A stretch of 37,742 nt of DNA from a virus (lineage: Duplodnaviria; Caudoviricetes), in the IMG/VR virus record IMGVR_UViG_3300030493_000343, positions 1 to 37,742 of that record; one strand, 5' to 3'. The position numbers and the translations under genes were made by a program. Numbering within the stretch: the stretch's first letter is position 1; each line of letters opens with the position of its first letter. Shown here piece by piece: positions 1 to 8,800 of this stretch. The notes under the pieces are model-generated. The model did not search any database, was not told where the DNA came from, and saw only the letters and a list, made by a program, of their open reading frames with translations.

Positions 1-222
1 AAAAGTTTCGAGCCCTAAAGCAGTATACATCGCTTCCTCAATTTGGCCTCCGAAAAGGTCGCATGCCATCAGTACCATGACCGGGCGTAATCGTTTACCT
101 CCCATGTTGAAGGTATATTGAATGGGTTGGTAGAGGTTTGCAGGCCGGGCAGTGCCTAGCTGTTCAGCTTCTTTTTCAAGCAGGCCGGCAAAAGCGGTTT
201 GCAATGATTTTATGGAGTACAT
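1..222 (-). CDS. Polyprenyl synthetase family protein (IspA/GGPP synthase-like), 5' part; runs off the window
   Basis: Manual translation from ATG at 222: MYSIKSLQTAF...NLYQPIQYTFNMGGKRLRPVMVLMACDLFGG...ALGLETF. GGKRLRP is the trans-prenyltransferase region I motif. Starts 2 nt after the transporter stop. Confidence 0.92.
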   Translation of the reverse strand, partial: MYSIKSLQTAFAGLLEKEAEQLGTARPANLYQPIQYTFNMGGKRLRPVMVLMACDLFGGQIEEAMYTALGLETF

Positions 223-224
223 GC

Positions 225-2636
225 TTAACTTTCTTTTCTGGTTACAGGTTCTTCGATTTCCAGCTCTTCGAGCTCGATATCTTCTTCCTCGTCATAAATA
301 GTCAGCAGCGGCTCATTAAAGGCTTTGGTTGTTGTTAGCCTGTCCAGTCCGATCAGCAAGCTCGGGAGCAGGATCAGATTCGCCATTACGGCCACCAGCA
401 GGGTCAGGGAAACCAAAACCCCTAAAGCCGCGGTTCCGCCGAATTTGGAGATACTGTAGACACCAAATCCAAAAAACAGGACGGCAAATGTGTACAGCAT
501 GCTCATTCCCACCTCACGTACCGTTTGTTTGACGGCAAGCGGAATATTCTGTCCGGTCAGCTTCAATTCCAGCCGGTATTTGGACAGAAAATGGATGGTG
601 TTATCCACGGAGATCCCAAATGCAATACTAAATATCAGTAAGGTGGAAGCCTTTATCGGAATGCCGGTATATCCCATAATCGCAGCGGTGAAGATCAGGG
701 GAAGAAGGTTGGGGATGAGCGACAGAATAACCATCCTCCATGAATTGAACATCGTTGCCATAATGGCTGCGATCAGGATGATCGCCAGTGCCACGCTTGA
801 GATCAGGTTGTCAAGCAGGTACTCGGTTCCCTTGAAGGAAACCACACTCGACCCGGTAACGGTTACCTTGTATTTCTCTTTCGGAAAAATGGAATCCACT
901 TCACGGGTGATGCCGGCGTAAAGCTCGTCCATCGCTTTAGTCCCGATATCCTTTACCCTGAAGCTCATGCGGGTAATCTGCTGGGTACTGTCTAAAAAGG
1001 AATGGAGCTGACCGATACTGTTTTGTGAATCCTGCAGGGAATTATTGGCATAAGCCAGGATAAAGTTCTTTTCCTGGTTCGTTGGCAAGGTGTAGTATTT
1101 TTCCTTTCCGTTGTAGAAAGCCTGTTTCGAAAATTTCAGAATATTGATCACCGAAAGGGGAGCTGACAATTCAGGATGATGCATCAGTTGCTGCTCCAGG
1201 TTGTCAATTTGTTTGAACGTAGCCATGCTCATGGCTTCTTTCGGTTTCTTTGCATCGATCACGATTTCCATGGGCAGAACACCATCAATATGATTCTCAA
1301 AGAATTTGAGATCCTTGTAAATCACATCGCTTTCGGGAATATCATCGACCATATACCCGGAACTTCTGATTAAGGTTGTGCCGTAAATGCCTGCCAGGAG
1401 TACGATAAAAGCTGAAATATAAACTGTTTTGATATGATTGGTGGTCAGGTTGACCAGTTTTTCGATTACATTTTGCAGGTGCTTATTTTCCAGGTGTTTG
1501 ATGTGCCGGTGTTTCGGGGGCCTGATAAAGCTGAAGATAGCCGGGAGCATGATGATTGCCAGGAGATATAACGCCATGATGTTCAGGGAGGCAATGATTC
1601 CGAATTCCCTGAGGAGCTGGCTGTTGGTAATGATAAAGGTGGCGAATCCGCAGGCTGTGGTCAGGTTGGTCAGGAAGGTGGCTGTACCGATCCTGATGAT
1701 CACCCGCTGAAGGGCTTTGATTTTATTTCGGTGAGCCCTGAATTCATAGTGATACTTATTGAGCATGTAAATGCTGTTTGGGATCCCGATCACGATCAGC
1801 AGGGAAGGAATCATTCCGGTGAGCAGTGAAATTTTAAAGCCCAGTAAAGCCATACTTCCCATTGCCCAGATCACGCCGGTGATTACGATTAGCAGTGGGA
1901 ACAGGACAGCCTTTAGTGAACGGAAAAAAATAAATAAGATCAGTGCACACAATCCGACGGCCAGTGCGCTGAACATGTAGACCTCATTTTTGATGCGGAT
2001 CGAATTGATCACCCGGATATACGGCAATCCGGAATAATGAACATCCAGCTTTGTTTCTTTTGCGAAAGCGTCGCATCTGTTTTTGATCGCCAGCACCAGC
2101 TTTTCACGTTCCTTCGATTTCATCTTATCCTTGCTGACTGTGATGCCCAGCATATAAGCATGGTCTTTGGGATTATATAAAAGCCGGCGATAAAAGGGCA
2201 AGGAATGCAAGGTTTCGGACAGGCTGTCCAGTTCTTCCTGACTGGTTATGCGTTTCGGGAAAACCGGTTCCAGTTCGAATTTTCGTTCCCCTGTGTTTTT
2301 TTTCAGATTATAGGCGCTCGACACGGAGATCAGGTTGTCAACCCCGTCCGTGTTGCTGAGATCTTCATTGAGCTTCTGCCATTTGCTGAAGTGGGAGAAT
2401 TGAAAGAAGTCGGGATCAATGATGCCGACTACAATCAGATTTCCTTCTTCACCGAAAGTACTCTTAAAATTCTGATAGTCAATATAAGCGGAATCTTTTT
2501 GAGGGAGGATTTGCGAATATTCGTATGACATTTCGACGCGCGTTGCCTGGTATGCCATAAAAACGGTGACTAAACCAAGCACGATAAGCAGAAGAATCCT
2601 GTTTCGGAGAATAAACCTGGAGAACCGAACCCACAT
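225..2636 (-). CDS. MMPL/RND family transporter (host)
   Basis: Two-fold repeat of 1 TM + soluble loop + 5 TM, with GIPNSIY and GISVDNTIHF motifs. Start moved to ATG 2636 (MWVRFSR) because a promoter-like TATTTTCG lies just upstream on the minus strand (2669-2662). Confidence 0.9.
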   Translation of the reverse strand: MWVRFSRFILRNRILLLIVLGLVTVFMAYQATRVEMSYEYSQILPQKDSAYIDYQNFKSTFGEEGNLIVVGIIDPDFFQFSHFSKWQKLNEDLSNTDGVDNLISVSSAYNLKKNTGERKFELEPVFPKRITSQEELDSLSETLHSLPFYRRLLYNPKDHAYMLGITVSKDKMKSKEREKLVLAIKNRCDAFAKETKLDVHYSGLPYIRVINSIRIKNEVYMFSALAVGLCALILFIFFRSLKAVLFPLLIVITGVIWAMGSMALLGFKISLLTGMIPSLLIVIGIPNSIYMLNKYHYEFRAHRNKIKALQRVIIRIGTATFLTNLTTACGFATFIITNSQLLREFGIIASLNIMALYLLAIIMLPAIFSFIRPPKHRHIKHLENKHLQNVIEKLVNLTTNHIKTVYISAFIVLLAGIYGTTLIRSSGYMVDDIPESDVIYKDLKFFENHIDGVLPMEIVIDAKKPKEAMSMATFKQIDNLEQQLMHHPELSAPLSVINILKFSKQAFYNGKEKYYTLPTNQEKNFILAYANNSLQDSQNSIGQLHSFLDSTQQITRMSFRVKDIGTKAMDELYAGITREVDSIFPKEKYKVTVTGSSVVSFKGTEYLLDNLISSVALAIILIAAIMATMFNSWRMVILSLIPNLLPLIFTAAIMGYTGIPIKASTLLIFSIAFGISVDNTIHFLSKYRLELKLTGQNIPLAVKQTVREVGMSMLYTFAVLFFGFGVYSISKFGGTAALGVLVSLTLLVAVMANLILLPSLLIGLDRLTTTKAFNEPLLTIYDEEEDIELEELEIEEPVTRKES

Positions 2637-2860
2637 AATGAATGTTTCAAAAAATTCAGGACGAAAATAGTCATTAAATCGGGAATATGAAAAACGTATA
2701 AAAAAAGAAGGTAAGTGATGTTCCCCGGGATTGGCTTGTTGTTTGCAGTCAGAAAGATAGCTTAAAACCATTAAACGACTTGCAGTTTTATACTTTGTTT
2801 CCTGATTCCGGCGGGAAAAGATTTTTTTTGCAAAAAGTTTTTTGTTTTCGGAAAAGCTGT

Positions 2861-2868
2861 TATTTTTG
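2861..2868 (+). promoter_or_regulatory. Bacteroidota sigma-A -7 element (TAnnTTTG) for tRNA-Asn
   Basis: TATTTTTG about 45 nt upstream of the tRNA; TTTG at 2841-2844 (short 16-nt spacer). Confidence 0.65.
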
Positions 2869-2911
2869 CAACGCTTTTGAAACGCAAGGGCACAACAACA
2901 AGATAAAAAAT

Positions 2912-2985
2912 TCCCTAGTAGCTCAGTTGGTTAGAGCGGCGGACTGTTAATCCGTAGGTCGTAGGTTCAAGTCCTACCTGGGGAG
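2912..2985 (+). tRNA. tRNA-Asn (GTT)
   Basis: Acceptor TCCCTAG/CTGGGGA, D arm AGCTCAGTTGGTTAGAGC, anticodon arm GCGGA-CTGTTAA-TCCGT (GTT at 2946-2948), T arm GTAGG-TTCAAGT-CCTAC; CCA not encoded. Confidence 0.98.
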
Positions 2986-3001
2986 CGAAATGTGTAAAAT
3001 T

Positions 3002-3040
3002 AATCCGTTGTAAATCAGTAACTTACAACGGATTTTTTAT
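3002..3040 (+). terminator. Intrinsic terminator after tRNA-Asn
   Basis: Perfect 12-bp stem AATCCGTTGTAA (3002-3013)/TTACAACGGATT (3023-3034) followed by a T run. Confidence 0.85.
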
Positions 3041-3045
3041 TTTAC

Positions 3046-3067
3046 TTCCCAACACATTTCCCAACAC
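3046..3067. repeat. Direct repeat TTCCCAACAC x2; probable integrase arm-type sites
   Basis: Exact 10-mers at 3046-3055 and 3058-3067, about 60 bp inside the tRNA junction, next to an IHF-consensus match at 3013-3025. Confidence 0.6.
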
Positions 3068-3108
3068 TAGTATAAATGGAAAAGCAATAAGCTACTGGCC
3101 CCGGATCT

Positions 3109-3146
3109 AAAAGAAAAACCCGGGATTTTTTAGTTCCCGGGCTTTT
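3109..3146 (-). terminator. Hairpin terminator for leftward prophage transcripts
   Basis: CCCGGGA (3119-3125)/TCCCGGG (3135-3141) with an A run on the left (U tract on the minus strand). Confidence 0.6.
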
Positions 3147-3287
3147 CCCTATTATTCCACCCTCAAGTTAAGCGCCAAAAAAAGAGCGGTAAACAAAGTA
3201 TATGAAAGTTAAAACTTTTTTGCGAATTTAGCAAGAGAATAAGCAAAGACTCTGCACCTTTATCTGTCCAATGTTCCGGCGTCATCC

Positions 3288-3545
3288 CTATTGACCTTCG
3301 CCGGATTTCAGTATTTCTTTCACTTCGTTGTTGATTCGCGTTCTGTGAGGATCGTTAATAGAAGAACTGAATTCTTTAACTTCTTCGCTCCAATATCCTT
3401 TTTCCTTTGCCAGTTTCAATAGTTCCAGTTTGAGGAGCAGTATTTGGCGGGCTTTTGACTTATTCAGTTTCCTGACGCCTTCGATAAGAATAGTCAACTC
3501 ACCAGAGTCCAGGGTCGAAAGCTCCGGGATGTAAAATGTTTTCAT
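3288..3545 (-). CDS. Hypothetical phage protein (85 aa)
   Basis: Clean ATG ORF with helical, charged composition; no motif recognised. Confidence 0.6.
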   Translation of the reverse strand: MKTFYIPELSTLDSGELTILIEGVRKLNKSKARQILLLKLELLKLAKEKGYWSEEVKEFSSSINDPHRTRINNEVKEILKSGEGQ

Positions 3546-3740
3546 GATGGATTGTCAAAAATTGCGGTTCAAGATTAGCAACATTTTTGTTACCGTCCAA
3601 TATGTCTTTCGTCTTTTCTTTGTTTTTAATAAAAAGGTGATGTTATTGTCATCTGTAAATTCAAAACAGATGTACAATATGACAAGCACAGAGAGACTTG
3701 AAAGCCTGTATCTGGATATACGCAGGATTGCTTAAAGTCA

Positions 3741-4028
3741 TTATTTCTCTTCTTCGCTCTTTCCGAACAGTCGTGTAAGAAGTGGATTCATATTATTCAG
3801 GGCGTTCCTTTCTTCTTCATTCAAGGGACGGGGGGTAACTAATTTGATTAGCTCGAGTTTTGCCTTTACCCGGTCTTTAATCCGCAGTTTTTTCACTTCC
3901 TTGATGAAGGTATCGAAATCATTGTTGACGTAATCAATGATCCTGCCTTTTACGGTCAATTGAAGCTTGTTTTTTGCTCCTACCGGCCGACCGTTTGGGT
4001 TATTTGTTTTTCCTTTTACTCCCGCCAT
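3741..4028 (-). CDS. Putative terminase small subunit-like protein
   Basis: Start MAGVKGKTNNPNGRPVGAKNK (N-P-x-G-R-P-x-G-x-x-N-K motif typical of DUF5681/TerS-like N-termini). TACTTTTG -7 element at 4062-4055. Confidence 0.55.
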   Translation of the reverse strand: MAGVKGKTNNPNGRPVGAKNKLQLTVKGRIIDYVNNDFDTFIKEVKKLRIKDRVKAKLELIKLVTPRPLNEEERNALNNMNPLLTRLFGKSEEEK

Positions 4029-4101
4029 ACTTCTGATAATTACAAATCTTAACACAAAAGTATCCTTTTGAACCTGCGGGATGACTGTTCCCCAAAGTGA
4101 C

Positions 4102-4111
4102 TTTTCGACAT
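4102..4111 (+). promoter_or_regulatory. TTTTCGACAT motif, copy 1 (putative phage regulator site)
   Basis: Exact 10-mer also at 18900, 18922 and, inverted, at 28977; all copies found are at gene boundaries. Confidence 0.55.
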
Positions 4112-4190
4112 TGATTTGATTTTTGCATCATAGCCAAACCACAATTTTTTGAATCGGTTTATTTGTGCCTGAACGAAAAAATAAACTGAT

Positions 4191-4760
4191 ATGGCAAGTG
4201 CTTTAAGTGGAGCTACAGGCGGTGCCGCTACCGGGTCTGCTCTGGGGCCATGGGGTACGGCAATCGGAGCCGGTGTCGGGCTGCTGGGTTCTTTTTTTGG
4301 AGGCAGGAAGGCTGCAAAGCAAAGAAGGAAAATGAACCAGTATCTCAATACACAGGATACTGAAAACAAAGCATGGTATAACACAAATGCCCTTTCTGAT
4401 TATACGCAGAGGTCCGACACCCAGAACCTCATGCGCAATTTGCGTGAGAATCTTTCCCGCCAGAATAAGGCTGCCTCCAACACCGCTGTAATCACCGGTG
4501 CCACTCCGGAACAACAGGCCGTTCAGAAAGAGCTGTCAAACAAAGTTATCTCCGATACATACGCGAATGTCGGAGCCATGGGGCAGCAATACAAGGACCG
4601 TGTTACTTCCCAATACCTGAACCGCAGGGCTGACATCGCCAATCAGCGGATGGGGATGATGGAAGGGAGCGCGCAAAGCGGTGAGAATCTCATGAACTCA
4701 GGATTTAACCTGTTTTCCAATTCAGCAGCTTCATTGGCAAATCAACTATTAGGGAAATAA
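4191..4760 (+). CDS. Putative DNA ejection/pilot protein
   Basis: Gly/Ala-rich hydrophobic N-terminus (GAATGSALGPWGTAIGAGVGLLGSFFGG) followed by Q/N/A-rich helices; first gene of an internal-virion-type cluster. Confidence 0.65.
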   Translation: MASALSGATGGAATGSALGPWGTAIGAGVGLLGSFFGGRKAAKQRRKMNQYLNTQDTENKAWYNTNALSDYTQRSDTQNLMRNLRENLSRQNKAASNTAVITGATPEQQAVQKELSNKVISDTYANVGAMGQQYKDRVTSQYLNRRADIANQRMGMMEGSAQSGENLMNSGFNLFSNSAASLANQLLGK

Positions 4761-4763
4761 GGC

Positions 4764-5846
4764 ATGGCATTGATTGATGATATCCTGAAAAATACGAAAC
4801 CGGTCAATCCGATCCCGGCCAGGTCGGTCCAATACCACGATTTACCGATCTCAACAGGGGATTTTGAGTACCTGCAGAAAATAGGCTTCTCCCCGGACGC
4901 TATCAGGTCCGCATACGCTCCTTATGATCCTGACTCCAATAAAAGTGTTCTTGAGAACATTTATAAGCTTTCAGCCAAACAGCCTTCCGCTCCTGACGAA
5001 AAGAAGGTACAAAACGCACAGACTATTGCCGGTATAGGTGATGCCCTGGGAATGCTGGGGCAAATGTGGGCAGCCGGAAAAGGAGCGCATGTCAGGGAAA
5101 GGGATTACGGTCAGACAGCGTCCGGTCAGTTATCGGACAGGGTTGATCAGCTGAGAAACCTCTATACGCAAAGATCTGCAGAATATGACCAGGGCTTGTA
5201 TGACGCGAGAATGAGAGATTTTGTTCGTGGACTCAATGACTATGACACAAACAGGAAAGGGATCCAAACCTCTCTGCAATCAAAAGCAAAAGCGGACATG
5301 GCTCAAAAGAACTGGGAAACGAAGTTTGACCAGAACCAAAAAAACTTTGAGACTTCACAGAAAGCAAAAAGAGAGAACGATGCCGTAACACAAGCGCAGG
5401 GATGGGCCAGGGTTCAGGATGCACAAAACAGGACGCTTGCATATATAGCAAAACAAGGGACAACAGGGAATTATCAAATGATCATTCCCGCAAACGCAAG
5501 TGACCCGGAGGCACAAACCGATCAGTTTGGAAATCCTATCCGATCCCTAACGATGTCGGAAGGGCAAATCGATGCTTACGCCAGACAAGCGCTCAATGAT
5601 CCTGCTTTTCTACAAAGACACCCTCAATTGGTCCTGCAAAGGCCTGACCTTACAGGTTCCGGATCTTATCGCTATAAACCCAATCAGGATATCGCTGCCG
5701 CCTATGTGAAAGAACTGTATGATGCAGGCGCTCCCGCGGATTCGCAACAGTTTGATCTTTCCGCTTCATCGCGTCCTGCCTACCGTGGACCGGTGAGAAA
5801 TGATGAAAGTGATGAATGGGATGAATTTGAAGTTTCTGAATTCTAA
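4764..5846 (+). CDS. Putative internal virion/ejection protein
   Basis: 360 aa, IAGIGDALGMLGQMWAAGKG amphipathic segment and coiled coil; lies between the pilot-like and giant virion genes. Confidence 0.6.
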   Translation: MALIDDILKNTKPVNPIPARSVQYHDLPISTGDFEYLQKIGFSPDAIRSAYAPYDPDSNKSVLENIYKLSAKQPSAPDEKKVQNAQTIAGIGDALGMLGQMWAAGKGAHVRERDYGQTASGQLSDRVDQLRNLYTQRSAEYDQGLYDARMRDFVRGLNDYDTNRKGIQTSLQSKAKADMAQKNWETKFDQNQKNFETSQKAKRENDAVTQAQGWARVQDAQNRTLAYIAKQGTTGNYQMIIPANASDPEAQTDQFGNPIRSLTMSEGQIDAYARQALNDPAFLQRHPQLVLQRPDLTGSGSYRYKPNQDIAAAYVKELYDAGAPADSQQFDLSASSRPAYRGPVRNDESDEWDEFEVSEF

Positions 5847-5855
5847 ATATAAGTT

Positions 5856-8800
5856 ATGCCACTTTATACAAGCAAAGGGAAAATATACGATATACCTGAT
5901 AACCGGGTGAATGCTTTTCTGCAGGCAAGGAAAGATGCAAAGCCTTTTGAAAAGAAAAAGATTAACCTTCCCCCTGTTCCGGTTCCTGCAAACGAGGGAT
6001 TATCTTTTACTCCTTCCCAATCTTCATTTTCTCCTTCATTGAAAGCTGAAGATACGGTTGCGACCGCGATGCAGAATTTTGATCGATTGAAGGCAGAGCA
6101 ACCCAATGTACCCCGTGAAAAAGGGTTCTGGAACACATGGGCCGGTGATGCAGTAGAGAAGCTGGGGGAAGGCACAGCGTGGGCAGGCGAAGGTATCACC
6201 CGATTTGCTAATCTTCCCGTAAAGGTTTATGCCAATACCATAGCAAATAAAGAGGGGATGAACCCGGAAGAGAAATACGCCTTCTCGAAGCTAATGGCCG
6301 CTTCTGCTGCGAATACTTTGAATGTAGAGATGACCGCTGACGCACTGAAGGGAGTACAGGAAAAGCTAGCCGGTAAAGCTGACCGATACGGGGGTAAAGA
6401 TTTTGCCGATTTATGGAAGGCAGGGGACAAGAGCGGGGCTATTGGCCATATCATGCTGGAAGGAGTTAAGAGCCTCCCAATGTCGATAATGGCCGGCGTT
6501 AATCCGGGTGTAGGTTTATCGGTTATTGGTGCGGCTTCTACCGGGCAGAAATATGAGGACCTATCGGACACTGAAAAGCCATCAGCTTTTGCATCATCGA
6601 AGGAGTGGCAGGATTACAGGAGCAATATGTCCATGGGGGAACTGGCCAAGGTTTCCAATGCATTTTTAAGCGGGGCGGCCGAAGCTGGCAGCGAACTCCT
6701 GGGATCGATCCCAATTTTTGGTTGGTTAGGCCGCACATACGCCAAACTTGGAGGGAAAGCAACGGGCGACATCGTTAAAAAAGGCGTTAAGAAGTGGATG
6801 GACGGGATGTTTGACCGTTATGGTCTTCTACTCGCACCTATCGCAGAAGGAAACGAGGAAGTGGCCAACAAAGTTGCCGAGAATACCATCGACTATTTGA
6901 CAGGAGCCAGAACCGACTTTAAACCCTTTGAAGGTACCGGAGAATCGTTCGTTTACGGCGCTGGTGGTGGTGCTCAGTTTTCAGTAGCCGCACTACCTGG
7001 CGTAATAGCCAATCGCTTCACTGGGAAAAGGCAAACGGATATGCCGACTGTTCCTGAAATCAGCATACAGGATCAGGTTAATACCCGGATGCAGCAGGTC
7101 CAGCAGGCTATCCGTGAATCAGCCAATCCTGATATGGGCGCAGTTGTTTCCGCTATCGTCCAGGGCGGTGAACAGCCTGTCCGTATTACCGGCGGTCGTA
7201 TTGTGACCAGACAGGACGGAAGTATAGACCGGGAAAACTCTGACAAGCAAATCTTCTACATTGATGAACAGGGAAACAAGAAAGTCACCTCCATTGATTT
7301 CGTTGAAGAAATAGCAGAAAATATGCCCCTTCCGGATGCCCTGAACTACGCAGGTCAGACTATTCAGGATGAATTCAGGGCAGAGCAGGAAAACGCCGCA
7401 GTACGTCCATACGAAGTGAATGAAACCGTCACGGCTGATATGGGCAACGGGATCACATTTACAGGTCAGATTACAGCTGTCGATGATCAGGGAATGTATG
7501 TTGTCACCGATGCCCAGACCGGCCAGCAGGTAACCATTGAACCCAGGCAAATTGTCGATCAGGACAACATACAGGGTGTTGAGAATGGATCCGTTGTCGA
7601 CTACATGGATGATCAGGGCAACGAGAGAACCGGGACCGTGGACGATGCTCACGGGGTCAGGCCTCAGGGTTTGGTAATCATTGACGGGGAGGGCATCCCT
7701 ATTGAGAAAATTTTAGGGCTGACAGAGCAAAGGAAAGCAGAGCAGGCAACTCAGACACACGGGCAGCCTATGTCTGCACCGCCCATAAAGGCTATCCGGC
7801 TGGGGAAAGATTCTTTTGATTTCAAACAGAATGATGACGGTTCCTTCACCTTTGTTCCATCTGAAAAACTTGATGCCGATAGCGCTTTGGAGAAGCTCGA
7901 AAAAGAATTCAAGGATAATAAGAAGTGGGAAGTAGTTGCCGGGAAAGAACAAATCGAAGTGCCCCCGGCAAACCCGTTTCAGGATCCTACTTTACAAACT
8001 GTCGTGAAAAGCATTCAGATAAGGCGTAAAAATAATCAAAATGCTACACAGCCAACGGGCGGAGACAACAACTTGTCAAAAAGTGAGGTAGATCCCGGAT
8101 TGAAGGCCGAAGCTGAAGCGGAAACAAAGCCGTCTTATTCCTTCAACGGGAAGGATGTTTCAAAAGACTATGTCCACGGAGTTATCGAAGATGCGCAAAG
8201 TAAAGAGGATCTGGCCGGACTGACCTACAGAAATGATCCGGATATCGATGCCATGATCGAAAAGAAATTTCCTGCGCCAAAAACTACCTACCGGATCGGA
8301 AAAACAGAAGTTTCCCGGGACCGGGCATTGGCCAGAATTGACATGGCCGGAACACAGGAACAATTAGAGGAACTGAAGATCGGGAACGATCCGCAGATGC
8401 AGCAAGCTTACAATGCAAAGCTGGCCGAATTCCGGGAACGGGATGACCAGGCTCAGGCTGAAATTAACCGGAAGCATGACAAGCTTGTCTCGATGATGCA
8501 GTCATACAACCAGATTTCACCCGCAGAAAGAAGGCGTATCAATACAGCCTCCATGATGCAGCTTGCTTCTGAATTAGGCTACTACGTAAAGTATGAAAAC
8601 GGCAACGGTGTCCGGATCTTTAGAAACGGTACTGAAATCCGCAGGAATGCGGACAGATTGTCCAATGATGAAATTCAGTCTCACCGCTCATTATCTGACT
8701 ACGATGAGCCGGTTCAAAAGTTGGCCGGTTCTTTATTGCTCCCGTTGAACGTTGAAGGAGTAGAAATCGGCACCATGCAGCCCAAAGAGATTAACCAGGC

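Noticed and set aside
2637-2771. 45-aa N-terminal extension of the MMPL ORF
   Set aside because: It overlaps a promoter-like element and looks non-coding; ATG 2636 gives a typical N-terminus.
3544-3735. 63-aa plus-strand ORF
   Set aside because: It lies over the promoter region of the divergent 85-aa gene, with no motif or convincing signals.
4049-4514. Minus-strand ORFs opposite the pilot gene, and similar antisense ORFs throughout the track
   Set aside because: Shadow frames of real genes, with no promoter or terminator support noticed.
8041-8091. Another +1-frame ATG ORF in a polyvalent linker
   Set aside because: Only 16 codons and no upstream TAnnTTTG.
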